Of a DNA stretch of 64,000 nt, positions 22,903 through 42,806 are shown in pieces. Origin of the DNA: the human T2T-CHM13v2.0 reference genome, Homo sapiens; the NCBI RefSeq assembly GCF_009914755.1, contig NC_060925.1; one strand, 5' to 3'. A model generated the notes under the pieces. It searched no databases. It saw nothing but the letters and a program-made list of their open reading frames with translations, and was not told the origin of the DNA. The position numbers and the translations under genes were made by a program. How positions within the stretch are numbered: the first letter of the stretch is position 1; every line of letters begins with the position of its first letter.

Positions 22903-23212
22903 GTTTTTTTATTTTTAATTTTTTGATACAGTATCTTGCTCTGTTGTCCAGGCTGGAGTACAGTGGTATGATCATGGTTCATTGCATCCTTGAACTCCCA
23001 GGCTCAAGCAGTCCTCCCACTTCAGCCTCCCAAGTAGCTGGGGCCACAGGTGTGTACCACCACACCCAGCTAATTAAAAAAAATTTTTTTTTTGTAGAGA
23101 TGGGGTCTGTCTTTGTCGCACAGGCTGGTCTCCAACTCCTGGGCTCAAACAATCCTCCAGCCTTCTGCCTCCCAAAGTGTTGGCATTACAGGCGAGAGCC
23201 ACCATGCCCAGC
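22903..23212 (-). mobile_element. AluJ
   Basis: ggctcaagcagtcctcccacttcagcc; ctcctgggctcaaacaatcc. Confidence 0.85.
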
Positions 23213-23983
23213 TTAACTTCAGTTTTATACAAATAGGCACGTGACGACACAAGAGTGATGACTGCAAGGTAACCTCCAAGCTTGAACTTGCCTTCTGAAA
23301 TGTAATAGGAAAAACGACAAATAAGATCAACTGTGTGTATTAATCCTTATCAAAGGTACCATCTAAGCACAGTTAAAAGATAGTCCCCTTGGAGAAATGG
23401 TAGGATATTTTATCTATGTCAAAAACAAAACAAGGGAAAAAATCTTAAACTACCAATAAGCAGCTAAATTGTTTTGGAAAAACACAAATTCTAATCCTAG
23501 TGGCCAGAAAGTATTGTCAAAACAGCATGACTGTATTTGTAGGCAACAAAATGGCTAGACAATGATTTTGTGATACAATGTAGCATACAGGTTAAGAACT
23601 ATGGCATTTGCATCAAGTACACCTTGATTTAAATCCTGATTCTGCCACTTACTGTCACTTTCGCCTCTCATTCCTCACGCCTGGTTTTTCCCTGGTGCTG
23701 TTGAGTGAGAAACAAGCTGTCTTCACATTAGATTTTATAAGAAGTGAGACTTTAAAAACGCAACTGGTGACACGAATCTTTTGATTATATGTAAGGAAAT
23801 AAATAGTTTATTATTTTAGTGAACAAAAAATTTCTTAAGTATAGAGCATATAGTTTGTACACTAATAGGAACTGTAAAAATGAGGTTCAGATGCCATTGT
23901 GACTACAGCATTCTGAGAAAGGGGGTCTGGGAAAGGATTTTGTCAGTTTCTTCCATACAAATAACCCAGTGTATTAGTGGATA

Positions 23984-24029
23984 ATGGATGGATGGATGGA
24001 TGGATGGATGGATGGATGGATGGATGGAT
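23984..24029. repeat. (GGAT)n microsatellite, about 11 units
   Basis: Direct reading. Confidence 0.95.
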
Positions 24030-24329
24030 ATATATTAACTCAGTGCAATAACCATGTAATAAATGCCTACTATGTCCAAAGATAATACAAAAGGCAGTAA
24101 CATGTGGTAGGTAAGCTTCAGTAGGGCAGCAACCATATTCTATTGTTAATTTGGCTTTTGAAAAGCTGAAGCAAAGTATCTATAATACTGTAAGAGTATA
24201 GAGAAGGAGTGATGCCGTTTGGTCAGAAGGATGAAAAATGGTTTCATAAAGGAAAGTGCATTTGAGATGGTTTTGGGGGTTATGATTAATTTTGATGAAT
24301 AAAGAGTAGTACATTTCAAACAAAGAAGG

Positions 24330-24660
<331 letters not shown>

Positions 24661-24872
24661 ACCATTATGAAAAGCAGAAAATCCCACAGGGCAGGAAAAA
24701 CACACAGGATAGGCTGGTTGAAGAGGAGGACACTGAAAGGTAAAGCCAGAGTTAAATTTTAGGGAGTCTTGGATGCCACACTGAGGAGTTTGGGCTTTAT
24801 TCAATAAGCAAACAAATCTTTGATTTTTTTTTTTAGGAAACTAGATCAGACTTAACATTTTAGTGTAAATAA

Positions 24873-25269
<397 letters not shown>

Positions 25270-27671
25270 TAGTTTGGGTAGTTTTTGAGTGTTCATGGTA
25301 GCAATGAGAAAGGACAAGAGCTATAGAGGCCTATAGAGGCATAATCCATAGACTGACATAGAAAAAGAGTTGCTTTCGAGCCTCTGAAATATTGAGCATG
25401 ATGAGGCACAAGTTGGATGAACAATGGTCTGGAAAAGGACATGGGGAGTGGAGTACATGGACCTCCTCTTCTCAGCCCCATGCATCAGCAGCAGTTAGAA
25501 AAGGAGCATTATCCATCACAAAGAATTGAAAGGGAAGCCTTGAAATATACAACCAAGTAGATTTTTCCACAAAACAGTGTTGGTTGCAAACAAAAAAAGC
25601 AGGAAAAAAAAATCCACAGTGAAAAGTATTGGGGGTGAGGGAGAAGGGAGCAAGTGCAAGGAACCTGGACACAGTGCTGAACTGGAAATGGATAAGTTAG
25701 CAGAAGGGAAAATAAGGAGGGGTTGTGTTCTACAAAAGTGAAGCACAAACATCAACACCGAGAAGATTATTGGAAAAGGTATGTTAGAACTGGGAAGGGT
25801 TGCTGTTTACATAGTGGAATTTAGTTAATAGAGGAGTTTGCAACTAACCGGTCTTAAGATTCCAATTGGTTTATTTGTACCTATAGAATTCCTTCCATGG
25901 AGGTGAATGGTATACATGACCTAATAGTTGGTTCACAATTTTGGCTGGTTCAAGTATCTTTGCTACACCAGTCTAACTCCTTTCAACTCTCTAAAAATGG
26001 CCATCGGTTTTCTAAATTGTTCTACTTTTCCTGCAAATGAGGTCAGGAATAGAAGCAACTAAATACCTCAATAACATGAGAAGCCAGAGAAGAAATGGTC
26101 CTTAGAAAAATTGGACAGTGGATAACAGACACCAAAGGTATAGATATTTGGTGTAGAATCAGGTCATTTGTAAGAACCCATGCATGTCAACCCAACAGGA
26201 AAAAAAATTGGGGAAGTTTGCTCACAACTTTGGAGAACCTATGAATGATGCAGTATCCTTGACACCCACACAATTGATTCAAAGGGTGAACCTTCAATTC
26301 TGGTGCACACTATGGGGACACCCACCAGTAGAAAGAAAGAAGACAATGATTTTTTCTACATTTTAAATAGCAAGAATGAAACATATTTTATGTGCCAAGC
26401 ACTGTGCTAGGCCCTAGAGGTAGAAATATTAGTAGGTAAGAAGCAGTCTCCACTCTTAGCAGTTTCCATTCTGGTGGGCTTCCTTGGCAAATGCTTAGCC
26501 AGGGAAGAAAATGCAGCCTGGTCAAATATGGGCAAAAATAGATAAAAGCATCAGAAAGAAGACTACTGAAAAATATGGATCCTATGAAGGTCCAGGCCCT
26601 GAATCAAATACAGCTCAAAGAATACTAGCTTCACAGTAAAGTAAAACTGCTTTCTTAGAAACAGAAATGTTTTTAATGTAAAGAAAATTATGTACATGGA
26701 AAGTTGCTTTTTAAGTGACACAAATGTTTTTTAATGTAAGGAAAATCATGCACATCTTGTTGGAGGCAGAAACTATTTGGCATTTCAATAACTGAAACAT
26801 TGGAATATATAAAGTTCTTTTCCTGTATACTGTAACAATGCAAATACTGCAATTACCTGTATTAAGTACCACAGATGTTCTAGAGCCCATTCCAAAGAGC
26901 AGAGCCAGCAATACCAATGAGTTCAAGTGTTTGAGGTCAGCCTTCTGAGTAGTCTTACCTTGACGTCCAGGGCACAGGAGAGGGAGAGAAGAAAATTAAG
27001 GAAAGATGGTAGGCTTTCTTCCTTTCTCCCTGCTCTTCAGAAATGGTCTCCCTCTCCCACCAAGGTCCCATTGAACTTAAGGACTCAGGAAGAAAGCCCT
27101 GGGAAAGCAAACACAGCCACAGTCTTTCTGCACCTCCCCATCACCAGGAGTCAGGGACATGGAATCCTGATGTCGTGATATTCTGTACTCCTATCTCATT
27201 GTCATTGCCCTTCCTATTCCAAAGATACTTTGCTCTTTCATTCTATTTCTGCACTGAAAAGCACGTAACATTTATTACCGGAATTCACAGGAAAATAAGA
27301 CTTGATATGCAACGTTTTACCTAATGGCAAACTCTACCAGAACACAGTTTCTAAATTATAGGAGATATCTATAATCTTCTCAGCACGATGAAGAATGAAT
27401 CTTTCAATAATGGATTTGATATGAAGGCATTTGCCTAGATGCATACGCAGAAAATACAGTAGTTCTTGTAATATTCCCTTTGGAAGGAACATATGGGTTA
27501 ACCAATGATGTTAGCATTTGCAATGCAAGACAAGAATTAAAATCTATTAAGAGTGTGGCAAAAGGTAAACATAATAATAAGCAAAAATTGCTTATTTAGA
27601 TCAAGTAAATTTTATAATGACAATATAAACTAGCCTCCCAAGTCAATAATAAAATTATATTATTGTAAATA

Positions 27672-27995
27672 CAATAATCTCTCCTTAGCTACAGTTTTGC
27701 TTTCTATGGCTTCACTTACCTATGGACAACTGCAGTCCAAAAATATTGAATGGGAAATTCTAGAAATGAACAATTCATAATTTTAAAATGTTTCTATTTG
27801 TCTATAATTTTTCTATTTTATTATTAGTTATTGTTAATCTCTTATTGTATCTAAGTTATAAATTAAACTTTATCACTAGTATGTATGTATAGAAAAAACA
27901 AAGTACAGTTTATATAGGGTTTGGTGTTACTTGGAGTTTCAGTCATCCACTGGGGGTCTTGGAATGTTTACCCCAAAGATAAAGGGGGACTAGCG
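27672..27995. mobile_element. MER44/Tigger7-derived MITE
   Basis: caactgcagtccaaaaatattgaatgggaaattc...catccactgggggtcttggaa...gataaaggggga. Confidence 0.65.
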
Positions 27996-28654
27996 CATTT
28001 AAGAATAGCTAGGCATGGTCATCATGAATATTCAGCAATGATAATCTGCCACTGAGGGAACAAAGGTGGGGCAACAAATGCTATGTCCTGGTCCACTTTC
28101 ATCAATTTTAGGATTATATGAGTTTTAAAAATGATATTTCCCTTTGTTCACATTTAAAGAAAGCCAGCAGCCAAATTCTAGGGTTTTTTAAATTATTACT
28201 AAGAACTTGAAATGCTCAGATATTCTCTCAGGGGGTGCATATAGGCTGCAACGTTGTTAGACCCAATCCAACAAAACATAGCTCTCCCCTGACCGTAATA
28301 GCAGCTTAGAAGTCTATGCTGCGATAACAGAAGGACAGAAGAAAAGCATAAACATAGAGATTACTTGTATTTCAATGGAATCACAATACAGTGGAAGTGA
28401 ATTTTTATTACCTTGGCTCTTTTGTGGTTGTATGCAAAAAGTAAAACACATTCTTTTTTTTTAATGTAATATTATACATTGTTTCCAAAGCTTTTTGATT
28501 TTCTTTAAGCTTTCCCATGTCCTTTCTTTAAATTGCCTTCTCCTATTCATTTTCTTATCCATTTCCCTCAACACCATTGTCAACCACGTGCTCCTGGAAT
28601 GATAATATAGCTTTTAACAATGGCAGACAATGGGCATATGTCTGCTGTACGATG

Positions 28655-29300
28655 TTTCTTTTTAAGTAAACTTTAATTTTGTAATAATTTTAGATTTACC
28701 AAAAAGTTGAACAGGTACTACCCAGAGTTCTCATACTCTCACCCAGTTTCACCTATTGTTAACATCTTACATTACCATAGTACATTTATTAAAACTAAGA
28801 AACCAACATTGGCATATAACTATTAACTAAACTCCAGACTTTATTTGGACTTCATGGCTTTCCCCAATAATATCCTCTTTCTGATTCAGGGTCCAATCCA
28901 GGGTACCACATTGCATTTAGTTGTTATGTCTCCTTAATGTCCTCTGGTTGTGACAATTTCACAGTCTTCCCTTGTTTTTCATGACCTTGACAATTTTGAA
29001 GAGTTTGGCCAGGTATTTTGTAGAGTGTCCCTCAGTTTCAGTTTGTCTTATGTTTTTCTCATGATGAGCTGGGGTTATCGGTTTTTGGAAAGAATGCCAC
29101 AGAGGTGAAGTGTCCTTCTCCTCTCACACATCAGAGGGACATAATATGCACATGACATCACCAGTGATGTTAACCTTCATCACTTGGATAAAGTGGTGTG
29201 TGCCAGCTTTCTTCATTGTAAGGTTACGTTTTTCCCTTCCCATATTCTATTCTTTGGAGATGAGTCATTGAGCCTAGCCCACACTCAAGAGGTGAAAGGG
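28655..29300 (-). mobile_element. L1MB/L1MC 3'UTR
   Basis: attttagatttaccaaaaagttg...gggtccaatccagggtaccacattgcatttag. Confidence 0.7.
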
Positions 29301-30178
29301 GTGACTTGCTTTTAAGATAACTACTATGCAAAATGTGAATGTATAATAAAGCTCCTATCTTCCATACAAATTCAGTTCAATAAACTTTTAGGTTATCATG
29401 AAAAGAAATATTTTGGAGATTTGTTGTGCAACAACTGTAATCTCTAGAAGTGTCTGTGTGTATTACTATCATATGGAAAGACACAAACCTTAATCCTTAC
29501 AATGATTATAGATACTCAGAGTCTAAGAGATGGTTATCTTTACCTTACATGAATTGTCTTTAAAATGATTGCTTATTTTTCTAAGCTGTTTTTAACATCT
29601 GATGAAATCTCTGGGTGAATTTTCTTCTGAGACTGAACATGCTACAATGCAAATTGTATACAAGCTAAAAATTAATCTTCATATAGTTGTACTCTGGGGT
29701 CACTCAACATTTAAACGCACATTGCCAAGAATACTGTTTGTCTGCAGAATCATAAATGCACAAATGAATTACTCTTACGATGGTCATGTGATTATAAATT
29801 TTCTCAAAGGCTTTCAACTTAGTAAATAGCTTGCTACCTTACATGTAAGGACATTTCAGTTTATCATTTTCATTAGAATCTCTAGTGTCATGGTACCTTT
29901 TTACATTTTGTTATTTTTAATTAGATTTTTTGTTTTTTCATTTTACTGGCTTTCCTTAAATTTTGCTTAACATTTTATTTGGCATAACTTACATAGCAGG
30001 CAACAAGATAAAAATATGTTCTTTTCAATTTAGAGAAATTAAGTAACTATGTTGCAGATCTGTAATTAAGGTCTTGATTAGTTACACTTTCTTAATTTGG
30101 TGATTCACATCTCTCTTTGTCCTGATCAAATTATGTCATCATAAAGAAATAGTTGTAGTGGTTAGAAATGCCTGTCAA

Positions 30179-30512
<334 letters not shown>

Positions 30513-30518
30513 CTAAGA

Positions 30519-30875
30519 TTTTATTTATTTATTTATTTATTTATTATTATTATTTTTTAAGACGAAATCTCAATCTGTTGCCCCCAGGCTGGAGTGCTGT
30601 GGTGCAGTCCAGCCTGGTCTCACTGCAGCTTCAACCTCCTAGGCTCAAATGACCCTCCCACTTCTGCCTCCCAAGTAGCTAAAACTTCAGGTGCACACCA
30701 TCAAGCCCAGTTAATCTTTTTTTTCTCTTTTTGTTTTTTTTTTTGTTTTTGTTTTTGTAGAGACAGGGTCTCGCTATATTGCCCAGGCTGGTCTTGAACT
30801 CCTAGCCTCAAGCCATCCTCCCTCCTCAGCCTCCCAAAGTGCTGGGATTACAGGCACAAGCCACTGTACCTGGCC
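30519..30875 (-). mobile_element. AluJ, tail-to-tail with the preceding Alu
   Basis: (TTTA)n tail then antisense Alu ending cctggcc. Confidence 0.88.
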
Positions 30876-31974
30876 TACTTACTTCTTTTTGTTCAACATT
30901 CATTGATACCTTAGGAGAATGGCTAGGTTCTGTGGAAAAAAAGCAATGCAAGGAACTTACTTACTAGTAGAGATGCTCAAATATATACAAAATTGATTAT
31001 ACTATGAAGTAGAAAACATTGACAAAAAAGAGGTACAAATAAGATGTATCAAAAATATAAAGTAATAAGAAGCCACTAAAGGTTTTTTAGCAGGCAAATG
31101 ACAAGACCAGAGGTGTACTTTAGAAAAATTAATCCTGTAGCACAGTGTTGGGTAGATTATGGTGGTAGAAGAGAAGGCAAGGAGGATGGAAAGAGGAGAG
31201 AGGGAAAAGGGGCGAATGAAAAACTATTAATATTAAAGAGGTAATGTGAAGTAGGGTATTGGTAGTAGAAACAGAAAAAAGATCTGGATCCAAGAAATAA
31301 GGCTATGGTGAAACTAATAGGTCATGGCTACCAATTGAATATGAGGAATGAGGGATGGGAAAGATTCAAATGAAACACTGATACTTCAAGAAAGGAAATG
31401 TGCCACTAATAAAAATGTAGAAGGAGCATTTTCTGTTCTTATTTATTTATATTTCTTTGCAATATTTTTTACAATGTGTTTTATATGCATTGAGAGCTAG
31501 CCCACTGCATTAGAAGATTTTTTATGTTTCTCTTATGATTCACTAGTCATAGCAGCCTCTATTCCTTTCTGGAATAAGTTGCAGTATAAATAAATGAATA
31601 CGCATTCATTATGCTTGATTATATAATTGTGCTTCCCTCTCAGCAAATGTCTCAAGGTAATAATGTAATGGCGTCTGTTCGTAACTAAAATCCAGGTTGT
31701 TTTTTTAAGGGATGTTTTTAAGCTATATTGTGTTTGTTATACATTTTATAACATTTGTTATATTTCTTGGCAATAAGTAGTAGCTTTTACAGAAAGGAGC
31801 TTTCTCATTTTAATTTGGGATCAGGTAAACTAATAATTATTCTATTTTCCCTTAAATAGGCATTCATGCCATTTTATAGTAAACAAACCATTGTTAATAC
31901 TTATCCCTTTAGAATAAAATTGCTCTTCATTCTTTGTTAACATGATATAAACTTTCAGTAACAATTATAACAAC

Positions 31975-32200
31975 AACACAACCACAGCTGAACATTTATT
32001 ATATTTAAGGCATTGTTCTAAGTGCCTTTTACATATAATCCTCATAACTCTTTGAAGTAGGTACTATTAGAATCTAATGTCACAGATGAGACAGAGAAGG
32101 CAAGTAACTTGCACAATGTCACACAGCTAGTAACTGTAGGAGCCAGAATTGAACTCATGCAGTGTGGTTCCAGAGCCCATGTGCCTGGCAACTGCGTCCT
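31975..32200 (-). mobile_element. MIR
   Basis: acagatgagacagag...agtaacttgcacaatgtcacacagctag. Confidence 0.65.
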
Positions 32201-33010
32201 CAAACACTTCATCCATATGTAAGACAGTTGAGTTAGACCAGCCTTATACTTAAGAGAGTGCATCTCTCTGCTATCTGTCTAAAAATTTGCCTTAAGTAGG
32301 GTCTATTTTAATAGAGAAAAGGAAAAACTTTTCATGCCCATTGGCATTCTCAGAAGACTTAATCATCAAGAGTCTGCAAAAATATAATTCCCTTCACACC
32401 AAGACATTTGATTGGTAATTTAAAAATACTCACTTCCTGTAGATAGCTGTAGGAAAGAAGAGTTCTTTATTTGTATTTAAGCTGAAAGTAGTAATAGAAA
32501 AAAAGGATAATGAATAAAGTTGAGTTGATTTTCAGTCAGTAAAGCCAATCAATTTCAGTCAGTAAAGTCAGATGTCTGTTCATTATAACAGTGAAGTGGG
32601 ATTCAAGGGAGGGTGTGAGTCCATTGCTGGGAGTGAGGTGCTCATGGGCAAGAAAAGGAAGCTTTATGGAGACTGTGATATTTACGAAGGTTTTTTCAAG
32701 ATGAGATGTTGACAACTCTCCTCATGGATGCCTATAAGAAACATAAATCTTTTATGTAATTCCAAAATCTGAAAGGACTGAATTATTTCTGAAGATACTG
32801 AAGTCTAGAAGTACATTTCATCGGAAACTCATTTGCCAAATGCCTTTATGGAAAATATCTTCATAGATCACATACACTGAAAAGATTACCTAACATATCT
32901 CAAAAATGCATCACGTGGATGGGCCCTGAATCATGGAATCATCATCCTTTATGCTGTTTGGTTACCTTGTGCACTTTCATGAGTTTGAACCATGAAACCA
33001 AGCAAGCCTT

Positions 33011-33088
33011 ACACACACACACACACACACACACTCACTCACTCTCTCTCTCTCCCCCTCTGTCTCTCTCACACACACACACACACAC
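33011..33088. repeat. Compound (CA)n-(CT)n-(CA)n microsatellite
   Basis: Direct reading. Confidence 0.92.
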
Positions 33089-33503
33089 TTTATCTTTCTG
33101 CATCTTAAGCAGTATTAAGAAATCTAAGATAAAATGATTTTCCCAGAGGAACAGTATAAGATTAACATTTTTAATCCTATTTTTATTTTCAATTTAAAAT
33201 ATCCCCCCATATGAAATTAAATATGTCTGACATGGTGTCCTCCAGTTTGCCAAAAGCTAAATGACTTTAAATGCAAATTATATTTTATTGAAAAACTCAC
33301 AAGTGTATATACTATAGTTGTCACAAATACACATATTTGTGACAAAAAATAAATTTCCCTGCTTTTTAAATCTTAAAGCAGTATAGGCAGGAGAAAAAAA
33401 GTACTGCTTTTGCTATTTCTTGTCTAGAATCAGTCTTATTTTGAGGCTTCTAATACTTTGAAGTTTTATACAAACACTGCACCATTTTGAAAGTAGATTT
33501 TCT

Positions 33504-34189
<686 letters not shown>

Positions 34190-34407
34190 AGTAGATTTTT
34201 CATCTCAAGCTGCTGAAGGATTTTACCCCAAGATAGTATTCTCTAGGTCCCTAAACCTGCCATTCTCCACATTTCTCAAAGAAAGGGGTATGAAGATATG
34301 GCATAGTGGAGGCATGTATATTGTATATTTTAGAAATTGCTTCAAAATTGGTGGAATCAAGAATTATATAACCAGTGAAGTGTCTCTTAGAGTCTTGTCC
34401 TAGGACA

Positions 34408-38445
<4,038 letters not shown>

Positions 38446-38819
38446 GAGTGTGTTCCTCCTGCAATTAATTCGGCACATCCCTTCGTTTCCCTTAAGGGAT
38501 ACTTTTAGTTAATTTAATATCTATAGAAACAATGCTAATGACTGATTTGCTGTTAATAAATATGTGGGTCAATCTCTGTTCGAGGCTCTCAGCTCCGAAG
38601 GCCGTGAGACCCCTGATTTCCCACTTCACACTTCTATATTTCTGTGTGTGTCTTTAATTCCTCTAGGGCTGCTGGGTTAGGGTCTCCCCAACTGAGCTCC
38701 CCAACTCAGCATCTCTGATTTCAACAAGCTTTTCAGGTGATTCTTATGCACACTGAAGTAGTAGATAATCAATAAATCTTTGATGGAAAAGAAACAGTCT
38801 CAAACAGCTTTCTCTGGAG

Positions 38820-39380
38820 GCAGCTTCATGGGGTGGAAAGAGCACTGGCTTTAAAGTCATCCTGACCTGGGTTTGAATTCCAGTTATGTCTCATTACTGC
38901 TTATGTGAGCTTCAACCAGTTATGCCAACTCTGTTAGTCTCATCTTTCTTATGTATACAATGGGCATAATAATACTTAGCTTACTCCATTCTGAGAGGAT
39001 CCAATAAAATGGGATATATACTCAGCATAGCATCTTTTACGCTCAAACACCATTAATCTCCTCTTTTACGCTTTCCTCTTTTGAAATGTTCTAGCCCATT
39101 CCTGTCACAGTGCCTGGCACTTTGCTCAGTAAGTATTTGTTGAATAAACATAGAGTCCAGTACAACACTTTGGGGTTAGAGCCCTCCTTCCATCTCCTAC
39201 TAGCTGTGAGACCATGAGCATTCAAGTTACTTGACGTGTCTGTGCTTGAGTTTCAACATTTTTACAATAGAGATAATAATAGCCTTGACCTCTGGGCTTA
39301 TAGTGAGGGTCAACTAAGTTAATAGTAAAGCACTTAAAAACAATGTCTGGAACACTATAATTCTCTATACATGTTATTGA
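38820..39380 (+). mobile_element. MIR fragments
   Basis: gtggaaagagcactggcttt...gacctgggtttgaattcc; tactagctgtgagacc. Confidence 0.55.
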
Positions 39381-39454
39381 AAAAGAAAAATTCCTTACAA
39401 ATATACTTCTAAACTTCAGAAGGGTCTAATTCTCAAAGAAATACATGCAATATA

Positions 39455-40350
39455 TTTATTACTTTTCCCACAAACATAGTATTTGTTTACAATATCGCAG
39501 GTTCTGTGTGAGGCCTTGGGGACATGCAGCCTCTGTTCTCATAGAGCACACAGTCCAGAGGGAGAGGCAGACATTAATCACATAATCATATAAATGAGTA
39601 GTATGTCAAGACAAAATGAGAAACAGGTGCTGAAGCAAAGAACCACTCGTGTGGCTGGAGCTCAGGGAGCAAAGGGGAGAAAGATGGAACAAGGTGAGAT
39701 GTGGGGTGAGAGAAGTGAACGGAGGCCAGACAAGCAGGGCCAGCACATATTTTGGTCTATTTCCAGAGGGAACAGAAAGCCTTTGAAGAGTTGAAGCCAG
39801 AGGTGACATGTTCAGATCTGTGTTTCTGAGGGCATGGTAACGATTGAAGCAGGCCGAGAGCAGAAGATCAATTAAAGGATTTTCACAACAGTCTAGGGGA
39901 GAGATGATGGTAGGTAAGACTAGAGCAGAGGCAGTGGAAATGGAGCCATTTAGAATTTGAGAACTATGTAAGAGAAGAAATGGACAGGATTCAGGGATGA
40001 ATTGGAAACAGGAGAGAAGGGAGCGGGAGGTGTACAGAATGACTACCATTCCCTAACTACACTGGGAAAGGACTGGATTGGAGGGAGAAGATAGTAAATG
40101 TGGCACTGAGCATATTTAGTTTGATGTTGATGAGAGATGTCCAAATGGAGGGATCAAGAAGCAGTTGGACGTATTGCTCTGGGGCTCAGTGTAGGGGTCT
40201 GGGCCGGAGAAATCAGGGAGTCATAGGCTTATGGATGGCAACTACAGCCAGGAAAGCAGATGAAATTGCCCGGGGAGGAAACAGAGTGGGAGCTTAGGGA
40301 ACCCCAACACTGGATGATCAGTGGGAAGAAGATGAGCCTGCAGAAGAGGC
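39455..40350 (-). mobile_element. L2 fragment
   Basis: Purine-rich antisense L2 (cagtccagagggagaggcagac; gtgacatgttcagatctgtgttt). Confidence 0.6.
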
Positions 40351-41024
40351 TCATGTGACAGGACAGTCTATGGAATATTAATTATTGTTTTTTCTAACTC
40401 TTATTTTTCCCTTTTCTCCCATTTTAAACTGATAGCCTGGTTTTATTATTCCTGGCTTCAGGGGTCTTGGTAGGGCCTAAAGCAAAAGAATCCTGAAGGT
40501 AAACTTCTTGCAATTTTTGGCAAATATCAAGAAGTCACAGAGAAGCTCCAAGGCAGGGTAAACTGTAAAGATCCACAGGTGGCTCAAGCTCCCAACCTGA
40601 GCAACTTAGGGCCTGTCAGAGTCCTTAGATGCAGCAGAACCTCCTGGGCCTGAGGGCCCCAAGTAGATCTGGTTGAGTGTATTCTGCAGATAATGAGAGT
40701 CTATGGCCACTGGTCAGAGGGTTCTCCCAGTGCCCTGGTGATATGTATGGCTTCCAGATCTTTGCCCAGCTCTAGGATGGGAAGCTCAAAAATAACTGAA
40801 GTTAAATTTCTCACCATGCTGGTGGGACAGTAGCAAAAAGTCTGCACTTTGCTTTAAAAATTAGAATTAAATGCGATTATTTTCAACAGTTCCACGATGT
40901 GTCATATGGATGTCTAAGGTAAAAGGAAAAATGTGCCCCTGGCTTTCATGGGAGCAAACTCATCAATAAAATTTTCAAATCTACTTATTTGATTACCTTG
41001 TTTTCAATTGAGATAACAGGATTA

Positions 41025-41427
<403 letters not shown>

Positions 41428-41569
41428 TCAGAATTCCTTTTGGTACAGATAAAATATGTTTAAACTTAATGTGGTAATATACCTACTCTTTAATTTTTCA
41501 ATATTTTTCTACCTATGTTAATGTTCAGGGAACAAATTGACCATTAAAAACCACATAAAAACATGTATA

Positions 41570-41792
41570 CAGAGGCATACATTTTTCCATTTGCCTTAGG
41601 CTCCAATCTGGATCAGATAGCACTGGTTTTCATTTAAAATTTTGATATTTTGTTCAATGTAGATTTTTTACATTAATTGGGTTTTTAAAAACTTATTGCA
41701 TTAAAATATTATTCACTTTGTTTACTTTTTGCATCCCCTTAATTTTACACTCAAGGTGAATGCTTCACTCAACTCACTCCAGTTCTAGTCCT
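41570..41792. mobile_element. hAT MITE fragment (MER96B-like)
   Basis: atttaaaattttgatattttgttca...ccccttaattttacactcaaggtgaatgcttcactc. Confidence 0.4.
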
Positions 41793-42806
41793 ATTTCTTG
41801 AACATGTAACTATGGACTGAGAATCATCCCCACTATATGGAGAAGTAGCCAGAGGTGTAAGAGAAATCCAGGAGTATAGCGTCATCAGAGTATTTCCAAA
41901 AGAGAGAATCATAAAGGGTATCAAATGTTGCTGAGAAGTCAACTAAAGCTAAAACTAAAACATACACTTGTTGAGTGATCTGCAGGTCATTGGGAACATA
42001 TTGTGAAAAGCTTGAGTGGGGTGATGGGGTGGAATTGGGCTGAAATGGATGAAAAAGTGAGTAGCAAGCAGGGAAATCAAAACTTTGACTATGGACAACT
42101 CTTCTGAGATATTTGGCTCTGAAGAAGAGGAGAGGGATAGACAGGGCAGTAGCTAGAGAGAGAATTCAAGGGGGTGGGGAGGTGGGTTAATTGTATTTTT
42201 ATGTGATCCAAGTATAAGAAAGAAACTTTAATATACAAGAGGGAAACTAGGGTCAATAGTAGAGTCCTGAGAAGACTGAAAGGAGATGAGATCCTAGCCA
42301 GAGGGGAAAGGATTGGCATTCAACAGCAGGTGAAAGTGTTCTGTATTACAGCCTGTGAAAGGAGGAGGGTAGGCACAGATGTAGGTGGGTTTTTATATTC
42401 GATAGCAGCAAATTGAGGAAGCTCCTTCTGAAGCCCTCAATTTTTTTCTTCTTAGAGGGAGAGAAATCCCTGAAGATAGGTGGGTAGGAATTGGGCACTG
42501 ACGTTTTCAGGGAGGGGAAAAGGTTTGAGACCTGTAGTTAGGGACTTGAGGTTGGTAGGCAGAGCACTCATCAAAGCTCTTCTACATTCTGAGTCAATAA
42601 ACAATGGTATCTCCCCTCTATGGAATCTATACAGTTACATAAAACATAAGGAAGCACTCTAAAGAAAGAGGAAATGATCTCCAGTATATACTGTTAAGTG
42701 AAAAAAACAAGATGTAGTCATCTAGTATAATACCTTTTGGGTAAGAAAGGGAAAATAAGAATATATCATATTAGCTTGTATTTACATGAAGAAACAGGAA
42801 AGAATA

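Noticed and set aside
27439-27564. Open plus-strand 126-bp exon-like segment ending AAG|gtaaac
   Set aside because: Poor pyrimidine tract and unrecognised peptide.
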